A DNA stretch of 64,000 nt, taken from the NCBI RefSeq assembly GCF_037042905.1, contig NC_087251.1:10914001-10978000 (forward strand), in the 5' to 3' direction. The DNA comes from Lytechinus pictus. Its lineage: Eukaryota. The notes under the pieces are model-generated. The model was not told where the DNA came from. It did no database searches and saw nothing but the letters and a program-made list of their open reading frames with translations. Below are positions 1 through 13,823 of the stretch, piece after piece (position 1 is the stretch's first letter; the number at the start of each line of letters is the position of its first letter). Made by a program: the position numbers and the translations under genes.

Positions 1-1167
1 CAAAATTTTATAGTCACTTTAAAGACTTTATACTTTTCCAATTATTCCGGTCCCATACTTCATCACCTTTTATTTTTCCTCCTATCATCTTCCTAATTAT
101 TTCCTCATCTCTTTTTAAATTTATTCTCTTCCTTTTGCTTTCTCTTCCTCCCTTTTTGCATCTTTGTATAACGCTTTACCTGTTTACCTTTCTCTTTTTG
201 TTTGCCTCGTCAAATTTTCATGGACTTTTTTTTGCTTCCTCCATTTTTTCTGTAAGGGGGGGGGCACCGAAAATCTGTGGCCCCAGCCCCCCCCCCCCCA
301 CCCGTAGCTTCGAATTATACATGGAAGCCCTGCTTGGTATAAACCAAAGATGTGCCATGAACTTCTTACGATAGATAATAAGTAAAATGGCTAAATAAAA
401 TAATTGTGAACAGCAATGCCAGCGAAGAGCAGTAGGTCCTGTTACAAACGATAATTTGGGACCTTTCGCAATCCTCATGGACGCTAATATTAGGGTCCCC
501 TAACACAAAAGTTAACGCTTAATCATACACTTGATTTTTAAGATTGATTGTACATTATAGTCAATAGAATCAAACGTAGAAAACTGCTCTACAATCAATG
601 CTAAGCTTTGTGTTACAGGGGGTAACAGGCCCTACAGATCTGCTTTTCGTGTGCAAAATTCTTTCCCGCGACACCCGCACCATACATGCATGTAATACGA
701 CTGATGGCTGGTGATATTCGAAATGCAGGACCTACAATAGATTATGACATGGATAAGAAAGTGGTTTTTCAAACAAATCGAGTACAAATTGAGTGAGGAA
801 AAAGTTACTGAATTAAGGCTTAGATATAGATCATTACAATCCATCGAATCGATATTGCATTTAATGTGGATTATTGGTGGATCACTGGCAATTGATTCCA
901 TGGGTCAGATCACCTCTCCAGCCGAAACCATTTCGCATGCGTTGATATGTACACATCATATGCAATAGGCCTATACATTGTGTGCTAGAGGCATATCGTT
1001 TGTGTAGGAGTAAACAAAAGAAAAAAAATCCACAAAATCGACTGAAATTCAGACGTATTTGCGGGGTTTTTTTTATACTCCTTCTACACAAACGGTATGC
1101 CTCTAGCACACAATGTAATGGGCATTGTGTTTTACTTTCCCCAGAAATGGGGGATTAGATTCAAATT

Positions 1168-1468
1168 CCCGGGTGGACCACTTCCATTGATGAGTGGATA
1201 CCAGGCACGACCATGGGGTTTCGAAAAGCACCCTAAACAAGGGAAGCAAGTCTTTTCCAGATTATGAAAATGCATCTCTTAACAAGTATTTAGCTTGTGA
1301 AACCCTACAAGTTTTGAAAACATATCCTCCTTTTCAGTATTTTAAACATCGTTTTTGACACCCTTATAACATTACATAGGCCTATACGTAACGTACTTGC
1401 CTACTCTTTCCCTTTTTACGCGTGGTCGCGCCTGGTTTCCACTCTTCAATGGAAGTGGGGCCCCCGGG
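1168..1468. mobile_element. Shorter member of the CCCGGG-terminal MITE family
   Basis: Same imperfect TIR as 39201-39845; no clear TSD. Confidence 0.7.
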
Positions 1469-2689
1469 CGGCCTCTCGAGGTCTGGGAGGAACCAAATGT
1501 GGCTTTGGAAAGTCGTCCTAGATCGGATATATCGCTGTTACCATAGTAGCAACCAGAGTTTTGCACACGAAACGCAGATTGAATGTTTCCGTTCCAGATG
1601 CGAAACGAAAAAAAAATCTCATGTCACACAATTTGCATTGCAGGACAGACGGGCCCAAAAGTCTCTTCCAAAATCAACTAACGTCGTAAATAAGCGTTCG
1701 CGTTCTCCAACGAAAGGTCGGGGTTATCGGTTGTAACATGTACTAACGATTGATTGGCTGTTGATTGGCTGTTGGGCCATGTTGCCATTGTAGTTACCTA
1801 TGGAAGGCAAAGTTACCATAATACTAACTTCTATGCAACGAGGACCTGGTTCACACAAATGTGCCTGAAACAGCTGAGAGAACACGGTTAAGATTAATAA
1901 GATGTCTTCTATTAGGGAATCGACCTGTGCATAGAACTTTATCGGCTCTTTTCATTGGATTACTTCCAAATAGATTCAACGAATATCCAATCTACCATGT
2001 CTACTGGTTCACGTCAGGTTGAATTATTTTAAAACTTAGATGTCCCCCTCTGTCGCCATTTTGTCTTAAGCTATGGTTCCTCTAAATATAGCCGCAGTTA
2101 GGTGCTCGTTATACACCAAAGTAACCGAGCTCAGACCGATCAACAGATCAAATTGCATTATTTTTAATGACCATTAATTTGGATTGGATGTGACTATGAT
2201 AGAACAACCACCTACCCTGCTTTCCCAGCTCCACTCCTTACCCCCTTAATAAAATGTCTAAAAATTGTTCTTAAGGCTTGGTCCCGTTGCAGCAACGGAT
2301 GCAAAGAGATTGTAAAACGTAAAAAAAAAAAATCTTGTCATCCGTTGGAAAACGCCATGCATCCGTTGTGTACTCATCGCATACCTGCTATACGCGCTAT
2401 CCATCGAGCATCCGCCCACTGTGATTTCATCCGCGCAAAAAGTTTTGAGCTGCGCCATGAAAACTTTTAGAACGGATGAACTTTCTGCCGTGTACGATGT
2501 AAATCCGCAACATAGACGAGCAACAAACGTCCCATGTCCGTTATCATCAGAGAGCATAGAGGGCGCTCTTATATGAACCTGTTTGATCTGTCATGAGGGT
2601 TTCATGAGCCTATCTACAACAGGAAGGCTAAAGATATTCGTTCGACCCAACCCATTCGAATTTTTCCTGTTTTCTCGGTTTCGCCACAG

Positions 2690-2900
2690 ATCATTTTTAT
2701 TTATCGGATTAACGAACCTTATTTCGTTTTCGGTGGAACAAAACTTCGGAATAACGAACCCTATGTCGTTTTCAGATTAACGAACCTTCGGAATAACGCC
2801 AATGTTCGGATTAACGAACATCGAGGTAAAGGCAATTTACGTGTTTCAGAATTACGAACCTTCGGAATAACGAATCTTCGGAATTACGGACTGTCACCCT
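2690..2900 (+). repeat. Short tandem array (ttcggaataacgaacc)n
   Basis: Multiple degenerate copies of cgga(a/t)taacgaacct. Confidence 0.7.
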
Positions 2901-4110
2901 ATTTTGCTATAGGCGCGAAAAAAATTACGTCCATGTTGGAGCTTTCCGAGCACTATACAATGAAACCATAATTATGGAACTACTAGCTCCCGAAACTTAT
3001 AAAAAAATTCATCAAGATGGGCCTATATAATGGGATCACTTCCATGAACTTACCCACTGTTGATAGGGGAGAGACATTTGCCCCATCCATCTATCCTTTT
3101 AAACAGGGAAGAGAAGATATTTTTTTATTATTATTATTTCAAAGTTCACCCATGCACTAAATCATTCAATTTTACCTGCAAAATTTCAAAAATGCCTTCA
3201 TGATAAGCTTGGTCAATTCGCTGAGTTCGCTCCCTCGGTTTCAAGGTTCTTAACAAACACAACAACAACAAATAAAAAACAATATGCGTCAACCCCCATT
3301 TCTATAAACGACTTGTGACAGAGACATCAGGGGCTATGGGGCACCTCACTATTCTTCTTCTCATGTAATTTAATAAGAGAGTGGTGAAAAATAATTTAGC
3401 AAATGGAAACCGAAAAAAAGGAGATGTGCCATTGCTTGGTCTGTCAACTATGGACACATGTCTGTGATGAAGAAAAAAGAAAACAAAGCTAAGATGCTGA
3501 ATGTGTTTAGTCTGTGTACTTTCTTGTATATAACTTACATAAAAGAATTTTTTTCAAAAATATTGTTTGCATGCCAGGTTATAGGCCTATGTATTATTGC
3601 AGAAGCCATATTGTCACAATATGCTGTAAAATTATTTAGGCGCACCAGCAGAAGTAAGAGAATAGATTAACCGGATTGCAATTTAGATTAGAAGTCAATA
3701 AAATGCCATATTGCATTTTACCACAAGATAATTTATCCGTTTAAGTAACTTTCCCCTGATTCAGACTGTTGTCCGGGGAGAGGGAGCGGTACTCCCAGGG
3801 GTTTACAAATTTCAACACTCAATCGAGAATTAAGGGATAGAGATTCTCGCGTCTGTTTATAACATTGGAGAATTCGTTTATCCGAGGAAATTCTCACTCC
3901 CCCGGATAATAGTGTGAACGTAGGATACGATGTTCGAGGAGCAGACTGTCCACACAACAATGACACAAGTCCAATGTGCTATCAGTTTTCCTGCCAGACT
4001 TTACCGAGCACAGTCGTCGACGGTGGATGCTTATTTTTCTATTCTTCAGATTCTTAATCTTAATTTACACAAATTTGATGCTTTCTTTGGTTGGAGCATA
4101 GAACCATGCA

Positions 4111-4371
4111 CAGTGGCGGATCTACGGGGGGGGGGGGGGTAGGGGTTTACCCCCCTCCTCCACATGATATCTCTGGATATAACTGTATATTAAACTTTTA
4201 CTTCGTGTGAAAAGATCTTATCATGAACTGCCTTTTACGGTTTCCATTATGCTAGTAGATGCCAGTAAAACATCACTTAAGGGGTTAAAACAAAAAGAAA
4301 AAGCATCACCCGCGGCTCACGGGTGACGGTCCAGTCAACTCCCCTTGGAAAAAAAGCTAGATCCGCCCCTG
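4111..4371. mobile_element. Small MITE upstream of MAT2B
   Basis: TIR cagtggcggatcta / tagatccgcccctg with a flanking atgca direct repeat. Confidence 0.65.
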
Positions 4372-4806
4372 ATGCAGGATAAAATCTCTCAGCAATTTCT
4401 AATTCCTTGCAATTTTCTGATTTATTTCTCTTTTAAGAACATATAGAGAAGTATCAGACTTTTGAAAAGGTATGTTAAAACCGGTCTATAAATGTGAATG
4501 GATAACTTTATCAGAGGTACACGTAAAAAAGAAAGATTCTTGACAAAATAATATACTCTTTGACAAGAAACTTTAATTTTTATAGATTTCTACTAACACT
4601 AAGGTATGTAAAAAACTACCTAAACTTGATAAGATTGGGTGCGTTTTTAGTGCTTTGACCTCGGCTTTTGTAGTTACCAAAGCTAACGGAGTTTAAATGA
4701 TTACTCTAGGCAGCAATTGCCATGCCAACCAACTTTTTTGTTTAAAGTCCGAAATACATCACGCAAGAGGTCTTGGCCATACATATTGATTGTTAACATT
4801 TTAGCC

Positions 4807-7800
4807 ATGAAGATTTTAATTACCGGTGCATCTGGCTTGTTGGGACGATCTCTTATGAGCGAGTTGGAGCGGGATACCTCGTTTGATGTCCTGGGCTTGG
4901 CTTTCTCTCGTCCAAAGGGGACACTCCGAAAGGTTGACATCAGAGACGAAGATGGGGTGAGAAAGATCATGCAAGAATTCCAGGTGAGCAGAACACCTTC
5001 TTAACTTATCGATTACTTGTCAATTTGATTGAAGTTATCAACCAAAATGTTATTTTGTCTCTTAAGAAAAACAAATATGGCATTTCACCACTTTTAAAAC
5101 AGTTATCATCATTATCATCTGTTGGATGAACAAAACTTTAACAAATCATGTAATTCATAAGTTACGAAGGTCTTCTGTTAGTCTTTCACAGTTAAAGTAT
5201 AGGCTTTGTTACATAATTTACTATATTTTTTAAAACATATTCATCACTTAATTTCTGCATGTTTATTTTATATGCTGGTATATAGTCAACACTATTTGCA
5301 TTTGAATGAAACCAGAGGTATGCAATTCAGGCTTCATGGCTCAGCCAATCATTCAAACTATTTACAACAAAATAAAAACAAAGAGATGGTGTACTTTTAT
5401 TGTAGGCCTACTGAACTTTTTACTGTATTAATTTGAGAAACAAATATGTATTGTGAATTGAGATAGATTCAAAATTATTATGTTATTACAGCCTGATGCT
5501 GTGATCCATGCTGCTGCACAAAGAAGACCTGATATAGTCGAGAAAGATGAAGAGGCTGCCAGGACAATCAACTGCAGTGCAACAGAAATAATAGCCACAC
5601 TTAGTGGTAAGGTTGAATTGTATCCCCCAGGAAACTTGTAAAACATGGATGAAAAGGACAAGCATAATATTTGTTCTTACCATTCTTTCTTCTTCTTCAT
5701 CCTTCTATTTTTCTTCTTATTCTGATTGTTTCCCTTCTTCTTCCTCCTCCTCCACCTCATATTTCTACTCCTTTATTACTCTTCTATAAGATCTTTCACA
5801 ATGGCTCCACCTCTTCTCTCCATTTTCTCTCTTCTATTCTTACTTGTCTACCTCCATTTATCTTTTTTCCCCGGGTCTCTTTTTCCCTTCTTCTGATATT
5901 CATCTGTCTCTTCCTGTTCTTTTTATGATCTTCTCCTGTTCCTCCTCTTGTCCATCCTGCTCTTCCACCTCCACCTCCCCCTCCTCCATTCCTCTTGGTT
6001 GATATTGTCGTAACTCTACCGTGTTTTAAGTTGTTTTCCTATCAGTTATTTTGTTTTCAGCGGAGATTGGTGCTTTCTTGATCTTCATCAGTACTACATA
6101 TGTATTTGACGGCACCAACCCCCCATATAAACCTTCAGACCGTACCAATCCAGTCAATAGATATGGACGACAAAAACTAGAAGGAGAGAAAATCTCGCAA
6201 ACACACAACCCAAGTGAGTCGTTTTTTAAATAATATTCAATACGAAAGAAAACCTTAAGGTTACCATGGTTACAAGCTTTTTTCTCAATTGAGTAATGAG
6301 GGTAATATAGAATCGCACCTTCTAAAAATTATTTTCAATACTGTTTTCTTTCCTCCTTTCTAGTTTAGTTGTAACATGTATGTTAGAGAAATAATAGCCG
6401 TGTATATAAATTGCCTTACTGTGGGTTATAACATGATAACATGCATGTTGCGCCGGAATTAATCCCCAGTGTAGTCAGGAGCATAGGCGGCGGAAGCGGG
6501 GTGGGGGGCAGGGGGGACACGTCCCCCCCTAAATTTTGGGGAAAAGAAAGAGAGAAAGAGAAAAAGGAAGGAATGACGAAAAGAAGGAGGAAGAAAGGAA
6601 GAAAGAAAGAAGAAAGAAAAAAAGAAAGAAAGGAAGAGGAAAAAGAAAACAAGTTAACTGAACAGCTGAAACAAAGAAATATTAAAACCTATATATAGAA
6701 TATTAAGAAAAAGACATTATTTTGCACCACGAAGAAGAAAATATGTTTAAAAAAAAGAAGAAGAAGGAGAAGAGAGCATTCCCTCCTGTTAAGTCAGATA
6801 CAGTAATCTGCTTATTAGGATACCCTGGAGCCTAGAATAAGCCTATCCAGTTTTAAACTCAATATGCACAAATTATTTTGCTTGCGATTCGAGTTTCCAT
6901 TGCATTCTGTTCATGCTTAAAAAAAATACTGAACATCAGAAAATAAATCAGCTAGCGCTACGCGCTGGCATTATTTGACAGACAAATGTAGTGAGATAGT
7001 ATTCTCTTCATGTATTACAGAAAACAGTCATTCAAGTGTTACCGTTTCAAGTATATAGGTGTATCACTTATTTTCATCACGCTCCTCGCATCAATTGTTT
7101 AGTAACATAACCATCCTATATTCGTTTCAAAAAGTGCTCAGAATCCGAGGTTTTAGGTCAGAATATCAATGTTTTTCAGCTCGCGCTTCGCGCTCGCATC
7201 AATTGTTAAGATAGATACCCATCCAGTTCATGGTCACAATAAGTGTATTCGAATTTTAAGGTTTGGGTCGTATTATTAAAAATGTTTAGCTCTCGCTTCG
7301 CTCTCGCATAAAATGTTTAGTTAAATAGCCATTTTGTTCATGATTAACAAAAGTGCTCAGAATGTCCCAATTTTAAGTCAGATAACCAACGTTTTTCATC
7401 AATTGTTTAGATATACACCCATCCGGTTCAAGGTCACAAAGGTGCTTAGAATGTCCAGTTTTTTGTTGGAATAACAAAAAATTTGAGTTCGCACTACGCA
7501 CTCGCATAGACTGTTTAGTTAGATTCCAATCCTGCTCATGATGACCAAAAGTGCCGCAATGTAAAAAATTTAGGTCAGAAAATCAATATTAATTGTTTAG
7601 ATTGACACCCATCCCGTTCATGTTAACAAAAAGTGCTTTGGAATATCAAATTTTGGGCCGGATCTCTATCAAAAATTTTGAGCTCGCGCTACGCGCTCGC
7701 ATAAAATGTTTAGTTTAGATTCTGTACTCCATTCTGTTCATGATTATCAAAAGTGCTTAGAATGTCTAAATTTTAGGTCAGAATATCAAAAATATTCACA

Positions 7801-10640
7801 TAAATTGTTTATATAGATACCAATCCTGCTTGATGACCCGAAGTGCTTAGAATGTCAACATTTTAGGTCAGGTTATCAAAAAATTTCAGCTCGCGCTTCG
7901 CGCTTGCATAAAGGTTTAGATACTATCCTGCTCATCATTCATGTTCATGGGGCACCATTTTTCAAAAAGTACACAATGGCACCAAAGTCAGGTAGGGCCC
8001 ACGGGTGCAAATCCTGTTTAAATGCGCCTGCCTTGTTAGATATCTCATCATGTCTGTAAGAAGAACTAATATGTACTTAAAACTACAGACTTTATTAGTG
8101 TAGACTACCCCGTAATATTAACAACATCTTTTAGCAGCCGACTCGGAAAATTCGGGTCCCAAGTATTTTTTCCGTCCCCCCTAAATTGTTATGCTTCCGC
8201 CGGGTCAGGAGCATTCGACCACTCAACGACGGTATTTCCACTCGAAAATCAAGGAGCGGGGCCGCCCAATGCCCCCCCCCCCCCCCCATCGCCGGAAGCG
8301 AAATTATTTTCCCCACCGCAGTTCTGGAAGCCAATATGGATATTCATGATTAGCGTCTTCGTAATAAGAGTACGCTAGTCCTTTGCCAGGACTGTTCTAC
8401 TTTTCAGTTGATCGATAACACAATCCTCGACCTCTACGCCCGAAATGAAAACAGCCACACGATAGCGCGAACACTGGAGATGGCGCGCATGGGACAATAA
8501 GCAAGGGGAGAGAAATAACAAGTACACCGACATCTAAAATCTCATAAATTTCTTATTTGACAACCGATTTTGATGACGTTTTCAGTGTTATGCTTGTTGG
8601 ATTTTTGTTTGTTAGAGTGGACTTGTCCTTTAAAGGGATTGTTTCACTTTGTGAGCAATTTAAAAAAATATCATATTGCTTTTTGAAAATGGTATGAACA
8701 TTTGACTAACAGCTCAAAAATACCCATGTGAAAGTTTGGGATCATAACATGTTCGGGAAGTGTTTTTAAAAACTGAAAATCTGAGGCAATGTTTGAAGAG
8801 AAAAATGCACTTCTCGACGGTTGATTCATGATTCTGTTTCCAATTTAAATCGATATTATATAGCGCCACCTTGTGATGTATGCAAGAAAGTAGGCGGAGC
8901 TTACCACGGGGAATTTCGCTTCTTGCGTGATCTGTGCAAGGAGTTAGAGTGATATCTCCTTGATCTGTGGGCGAAGTTAGTTTGTTTTGGGGTTTTTTCT
9001 GTGTCTCCGCTCGGTGTGTGCGATAAGCGATCGATGCATGTGCGTTGCTTATTGCCTGTGTGAAAGGGTGTAGCTGTACGTGTGTGTCGCTTGTGCATAA
9101 CATTGGGGGAATATCATAGGTCCATGATCATACTGTCAAACTGTGTCGAACTCGTGAATGTCCATTCCGTCTGTGGTCTGTACATTTGAATATGCTACAT
9201 GTATGCCTCATAATGAACTTTGTAGACTTACAGACCATGGGATTTTGATGAATTTATATTTTGGCGACGTAAATTAGTAGCAAATAAAACGACAACAACA
9301 GAAAAGAACGCGACAAACCGGGGCTACAAATACAATCTCGGATCTACAGTGTAGAGTAATAGTAGTTTTTTTTTGTGGATCATGGGGGCCGGGGATGGAG
9401 CGTGATTTTCCAGAAGCTATATTGTGCCCCCCCCCCCCAAAAAAAAAAAAAAAAATCCCCTCTGTTCTTTTCTTTAGTTTACCTTTGCATGCACTACAAG
9501 ATATATCCTTGTGGTTGTTGATAATTCTCTTTTACCTGGTCACGATATAGCAAACGTCCGTCGACTGGTTCGAGAAGAGAATGCAATATAGCTCCATGTA
9601 ATGCACTATCATGGAGCTGTAATATGTATCCGAACTCCACTCTGGTCATGTTACGTCCACGTAGTCACAGGCCTTCGTGTGTCATGTGCATGTTTACATG
9701 CACGGGGCATAGCTGGGTAGGAACTCGGAATAAAGGCAGTGACCTCTCCTTCTCCCCCCCCCCCCCCTGGCATGGAAACATCCACCATCGTGGGTTTGTG
9801 TGTGTGTGTGTGTGTGTGTTTTTACGTTCTCCACGAGCTCCCCCAACAAAGATATTCCCATCCCGGATTTCCCATCCCATCAAAATCTTCGGTAGGCCTA
9901 TCTTCACGTAAGATGCTTATGAGAAACTCCCGGGGAGAAACTATATGATCAACATGATCAACGTATTGCCCCCCCCCCCCCCCTCTGATCGATCGGGGCC
10001 TATCCGTTTTGGACTTTATTTTGGAACGTGGTAGATAGGGTAGTTGCAAACCCAAAACATCTCAACTCCTAGACCCCGGACTATAATGACTATTAGACCT
10101 ACAAATTATTATCCATAAACTTTGTTGGTTTTTTATTTTTTTTATTTGAATGTTTTTTTTGTAATGGGTGGGAATCGTATTTAATTTTATCCATGATTGG
10201 GGTCAATAATTCTTTCAGTTTCTCCGCCATATAATCCGCTCATGACATCTTTCAAATCATATCACTTTTCTTTTACATTTTCCATTTCTTTCGGCCGCTC
10301 TTTTCTTTTCTTCTGCTTCCCCTATCTCGATCCTCCTTCCGTAAATTCTTTACAGTAAAAAAGAAGTCTGATTTTTTTTACACATCCCTGATTACTATAT
10401 GAACCTTACGTGAAAATAGTGTTTTGTGTTCTTTTCTAGCTCGTTTACCTGAAAACCTGTAAATTGGTTATTGATTTTCTTTATACAATTTATATGAAAC
10501 CTCAGCGTATATGAAGCATCCTTTACCTTCGATCTGGTATTGTTTATATTGGTTGGTTATATTCACGATTAAAAAAATGCATAAATATAAACAAAATAAC
10601 ATTACATAATCAAATAATAAAAAAAAAAACAATATAACAA

Positions 10641-10671
<31 letters not shown>

Positions 10672-13600
10672 ATTCTGTTTTTATTATACAAATTGAAATA
10701 TAACAGTAATGAAGCTTACAATGCATGTAATACAGAATCGTAGGGATAGACCCGTTTCAGATTGGCTATTGATAGCCAACCTGTTCTTCCCCGGGGTCCC
10801 TAAAAATAAATTAATTAAATTAGCATTACAATATGAAAATTTCTAATAAATACGAGTATAACAAATCAATATAAAACAAATGTAAAATAATATATCCTCA
10901 TGATATCATTCATTTGGGGAAAATAATGAAAAATGAAATAGTGTAATTAGTCACACGTTATCAATCACGAAAGTTCCCTTTTCTGCTCGATCCAATCACT
11001 GAAACATTCAAATTCCATGGAACAATTAGTCATACATCATCACCACAACTATCACATAACAATACACTTAAATTCGTGTATTTTAAAACAAATTCTTGTG
11101 AATGAGCATAATTGTATTTCCGTCGATATTAAAAGGCCGTCTCTAACAGGGTATGACCCCCCCCCCCCTTCCCATGTCGGGGTAAGGGGGAGAGGGGGGA
11201 AATAGAAGTGAGGATGGAAAAAGTGAGAAAGAAGAAAAGTGGAAGAAGGAAAGAAAAAAAATGAAAAGAAAAGAGGCTGTCGGACTGACGCCTACCAGAA
11301 AAATGATATAACTGTTGGGTCACGAAGGAATGTTCCATTACTCCGTGTATATATATGCTATACCGACAGTGATTAGAATATACTGTCACACAGGGCGGTT
11401 CTAATTAATTGCTTCATGTTCCGAGAGAGATTTGAATGTATATAGGTTTTAGGTCTAAATCGCCTTACAATCAAGCCCATTCTTTTTTACGTACAGTGAT
11501 TAAAATTGCCCGGCCATATGTCCCAGTCGCCAAAATTGTTAGCTCGCGCTTCGCGCTCGCATCATTCAGACTGTTCCATTATCATCTTCACAAGTTTCTT
11601 ACGTGTTGGGCAGCGCTTTTAATATATTCACTTTTATGTCAGTAAATTTAGTTCGCGCTACAAACAGCTTGTTCTTTATTGTTTTACAACGTCCAGTCAT
11701 GATCAATTATATATTTAAAAAAAATATATTGTTGAGCATGATATACCCTTCGTATTCATTATTACAAGAAGTGCAAAAGGAATGTCTAGTTTTTATGTCT
11801 ACATGTAAAAAATAGCTTATTGTGCTTCGCGCTTGCAATTATTGTTTGATGAGGTACATATAATTTGATATTTACATAAAAAAACCTGCTTAGAATGTCC
11901 AGTTGTCGGGCCATAATAATATTCAGCTCGCGCTATTCGCTCGCATTGTTTAATTTAATGTCCACCATGTCCACAGTGGCGTATCTAGAACAAACGAGGC
12001 CCGGGCAAGTGCTAAAATCGCACCCCTTTCAAAATATAGGTCTATTGTGTATATACTCTGCACTCGACCAGTCAAAATAAAACATAATATTCTAGTCCGG
12101 GTTTTTTTATCATGAAAATGATGCGTATCTAACGAAAACAACGTATGCGAGCGCTAAGCACGTGCCTATTATTTTCAGTATTAAGATCTTAAAAAGGAAT
12201 ATTCTAAGCACTTTTTGTAATAATTAACATGATGCATATCCAGACAATGAACGCATTCGCGAAGCGCGAGCCGAAAATTATTGATATTGAGACCTACAAT
12301 CGGGACATATCGATGCTTGTCTAATTAAGCATTTCATGCAAGCACGAGGGGCGAGCTGAAAAATTAATATTGAGGGGAAATCTTAATAATAATGATGATA
12401 ATGATAATAATTATAATAATTATAATAACAATAATTGGTGGCTTCTTATATAGCGCACGCGTCCACCTTTCGGTGCTCATGGCGCTTGTAGAAAAATAAA
12501 CACAACACCCAACAACAATAGAAAACGAAAAAGAATAGAATTTGAATTCTCCTGAATGTTAATGGGAGATCAAAATTTAGTTTTCACTGGGACTTGAATG
12601 TTTCTGTTGATGAAAATTTGGCGTAATTGGATAGGCAATCGATTCCATAGCTTTGGTCCTATAACAGAGAATGCATCCCCCCATTTGTGTTTGGTTCTGG
12701 GTGTCTGGAGCAATAGAGCATCAGAATGATGAGCGGAGACTGCGTGAAGGCTGATATTTTGAGATAGAGCTGCGGAGATATTTTGGGGAAGAGAGAATAA
12801 ATTGAATAATAGTAAAATAATTTTGAAGGAGATTCTTTTATCAACAGGCAGCCAATGTAAGGATTGGCGAGATGGAGTCATACTTTTTAGTGTATGTTAG
12901 GAGACGGGCAGCAGAGTTTTGTAGACGTTGAAGTTTTGTCCAATCTTTTTGCGGGAGGTTAAAGAACAATGAGTTTGAAAAATCTAAACGGGAGGAAATC
13001 AAAGCATGGATAATTTTAGGGGCTTTTTGTAGGAATTCATGAAAAGGATACGTATCTCATCGGGGTAGGCCCTAATGTGAGCGCGAAGCGCGAGATGATA
13101 TTTTGTATATCCTCACCTAAAAATGTATAATGGAGAGTTTTTATCCCCCTCATCAAAATCAGAGCGTGGTGAGAAGCCTTTACAAACCAGAAAATTATAT
13201 TTCTGAACTGTTTGCAAGAATTAATGAAAAGAAAGGTATAAAAATAATGCAAACTCGTAGCTATAGATGAAAAGTTATGACATTTGAGTTTGAAAAACTA
13301 TTTTTTTTAGAAGGAGTGTTTGTTGGAATTCATGGAGAGAATATAAGTATATCACTAATTAAAAGTTGCACGAATATTCATCCCTGGGTAAAGACATGCA
13401 AGATTATTTTTTTACGTTGAAAAGTGCATTAATGGTACAGAGAACGGGGGTATTACCGTCAGCGGTATTCCTTTTTTCAGCGTCTTAATTCCTTTGCTTT
13501 TTCTATTCATTTTTTCCCTTTCTTTCTTTGCATCTATCTCCCGTTTTTGCACCACTGAAAGTAGCACCCGGGGCACGTGCCTCCATTGCCGCCCCGGCTA

Positions 13601-13751
13601 GATACGCCATGTAATAAAGTCCACTTTTCATGTCGGAAGAAATATCAGCTTGCGCTCCGCGCTCTAATCGATTGTTGAGTTATATATATATATATATATG
13701 TATAACATGTACATGTATATATGTATAACATGTACATGTATAACTTCACAC

Positions 13752-13823
<72 letters not shown>

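Noticed and set aside
6416..6698. Lys/Glu-rich and Phe/Ser-rich ORFs
   Set aside because: Low-complexity purine tract inside a non-autonomous transposon end.
6950..7930. Regularly spaced palindromic ctcgcgcttcgcgctcgca motifs resembling a CRISPR array
   Set aside because: The intervening sequences are homologous to one another, the context is eukaryotic, there are no cas genes, and the motif recurs in dispersed non-autonomous elements across the window.
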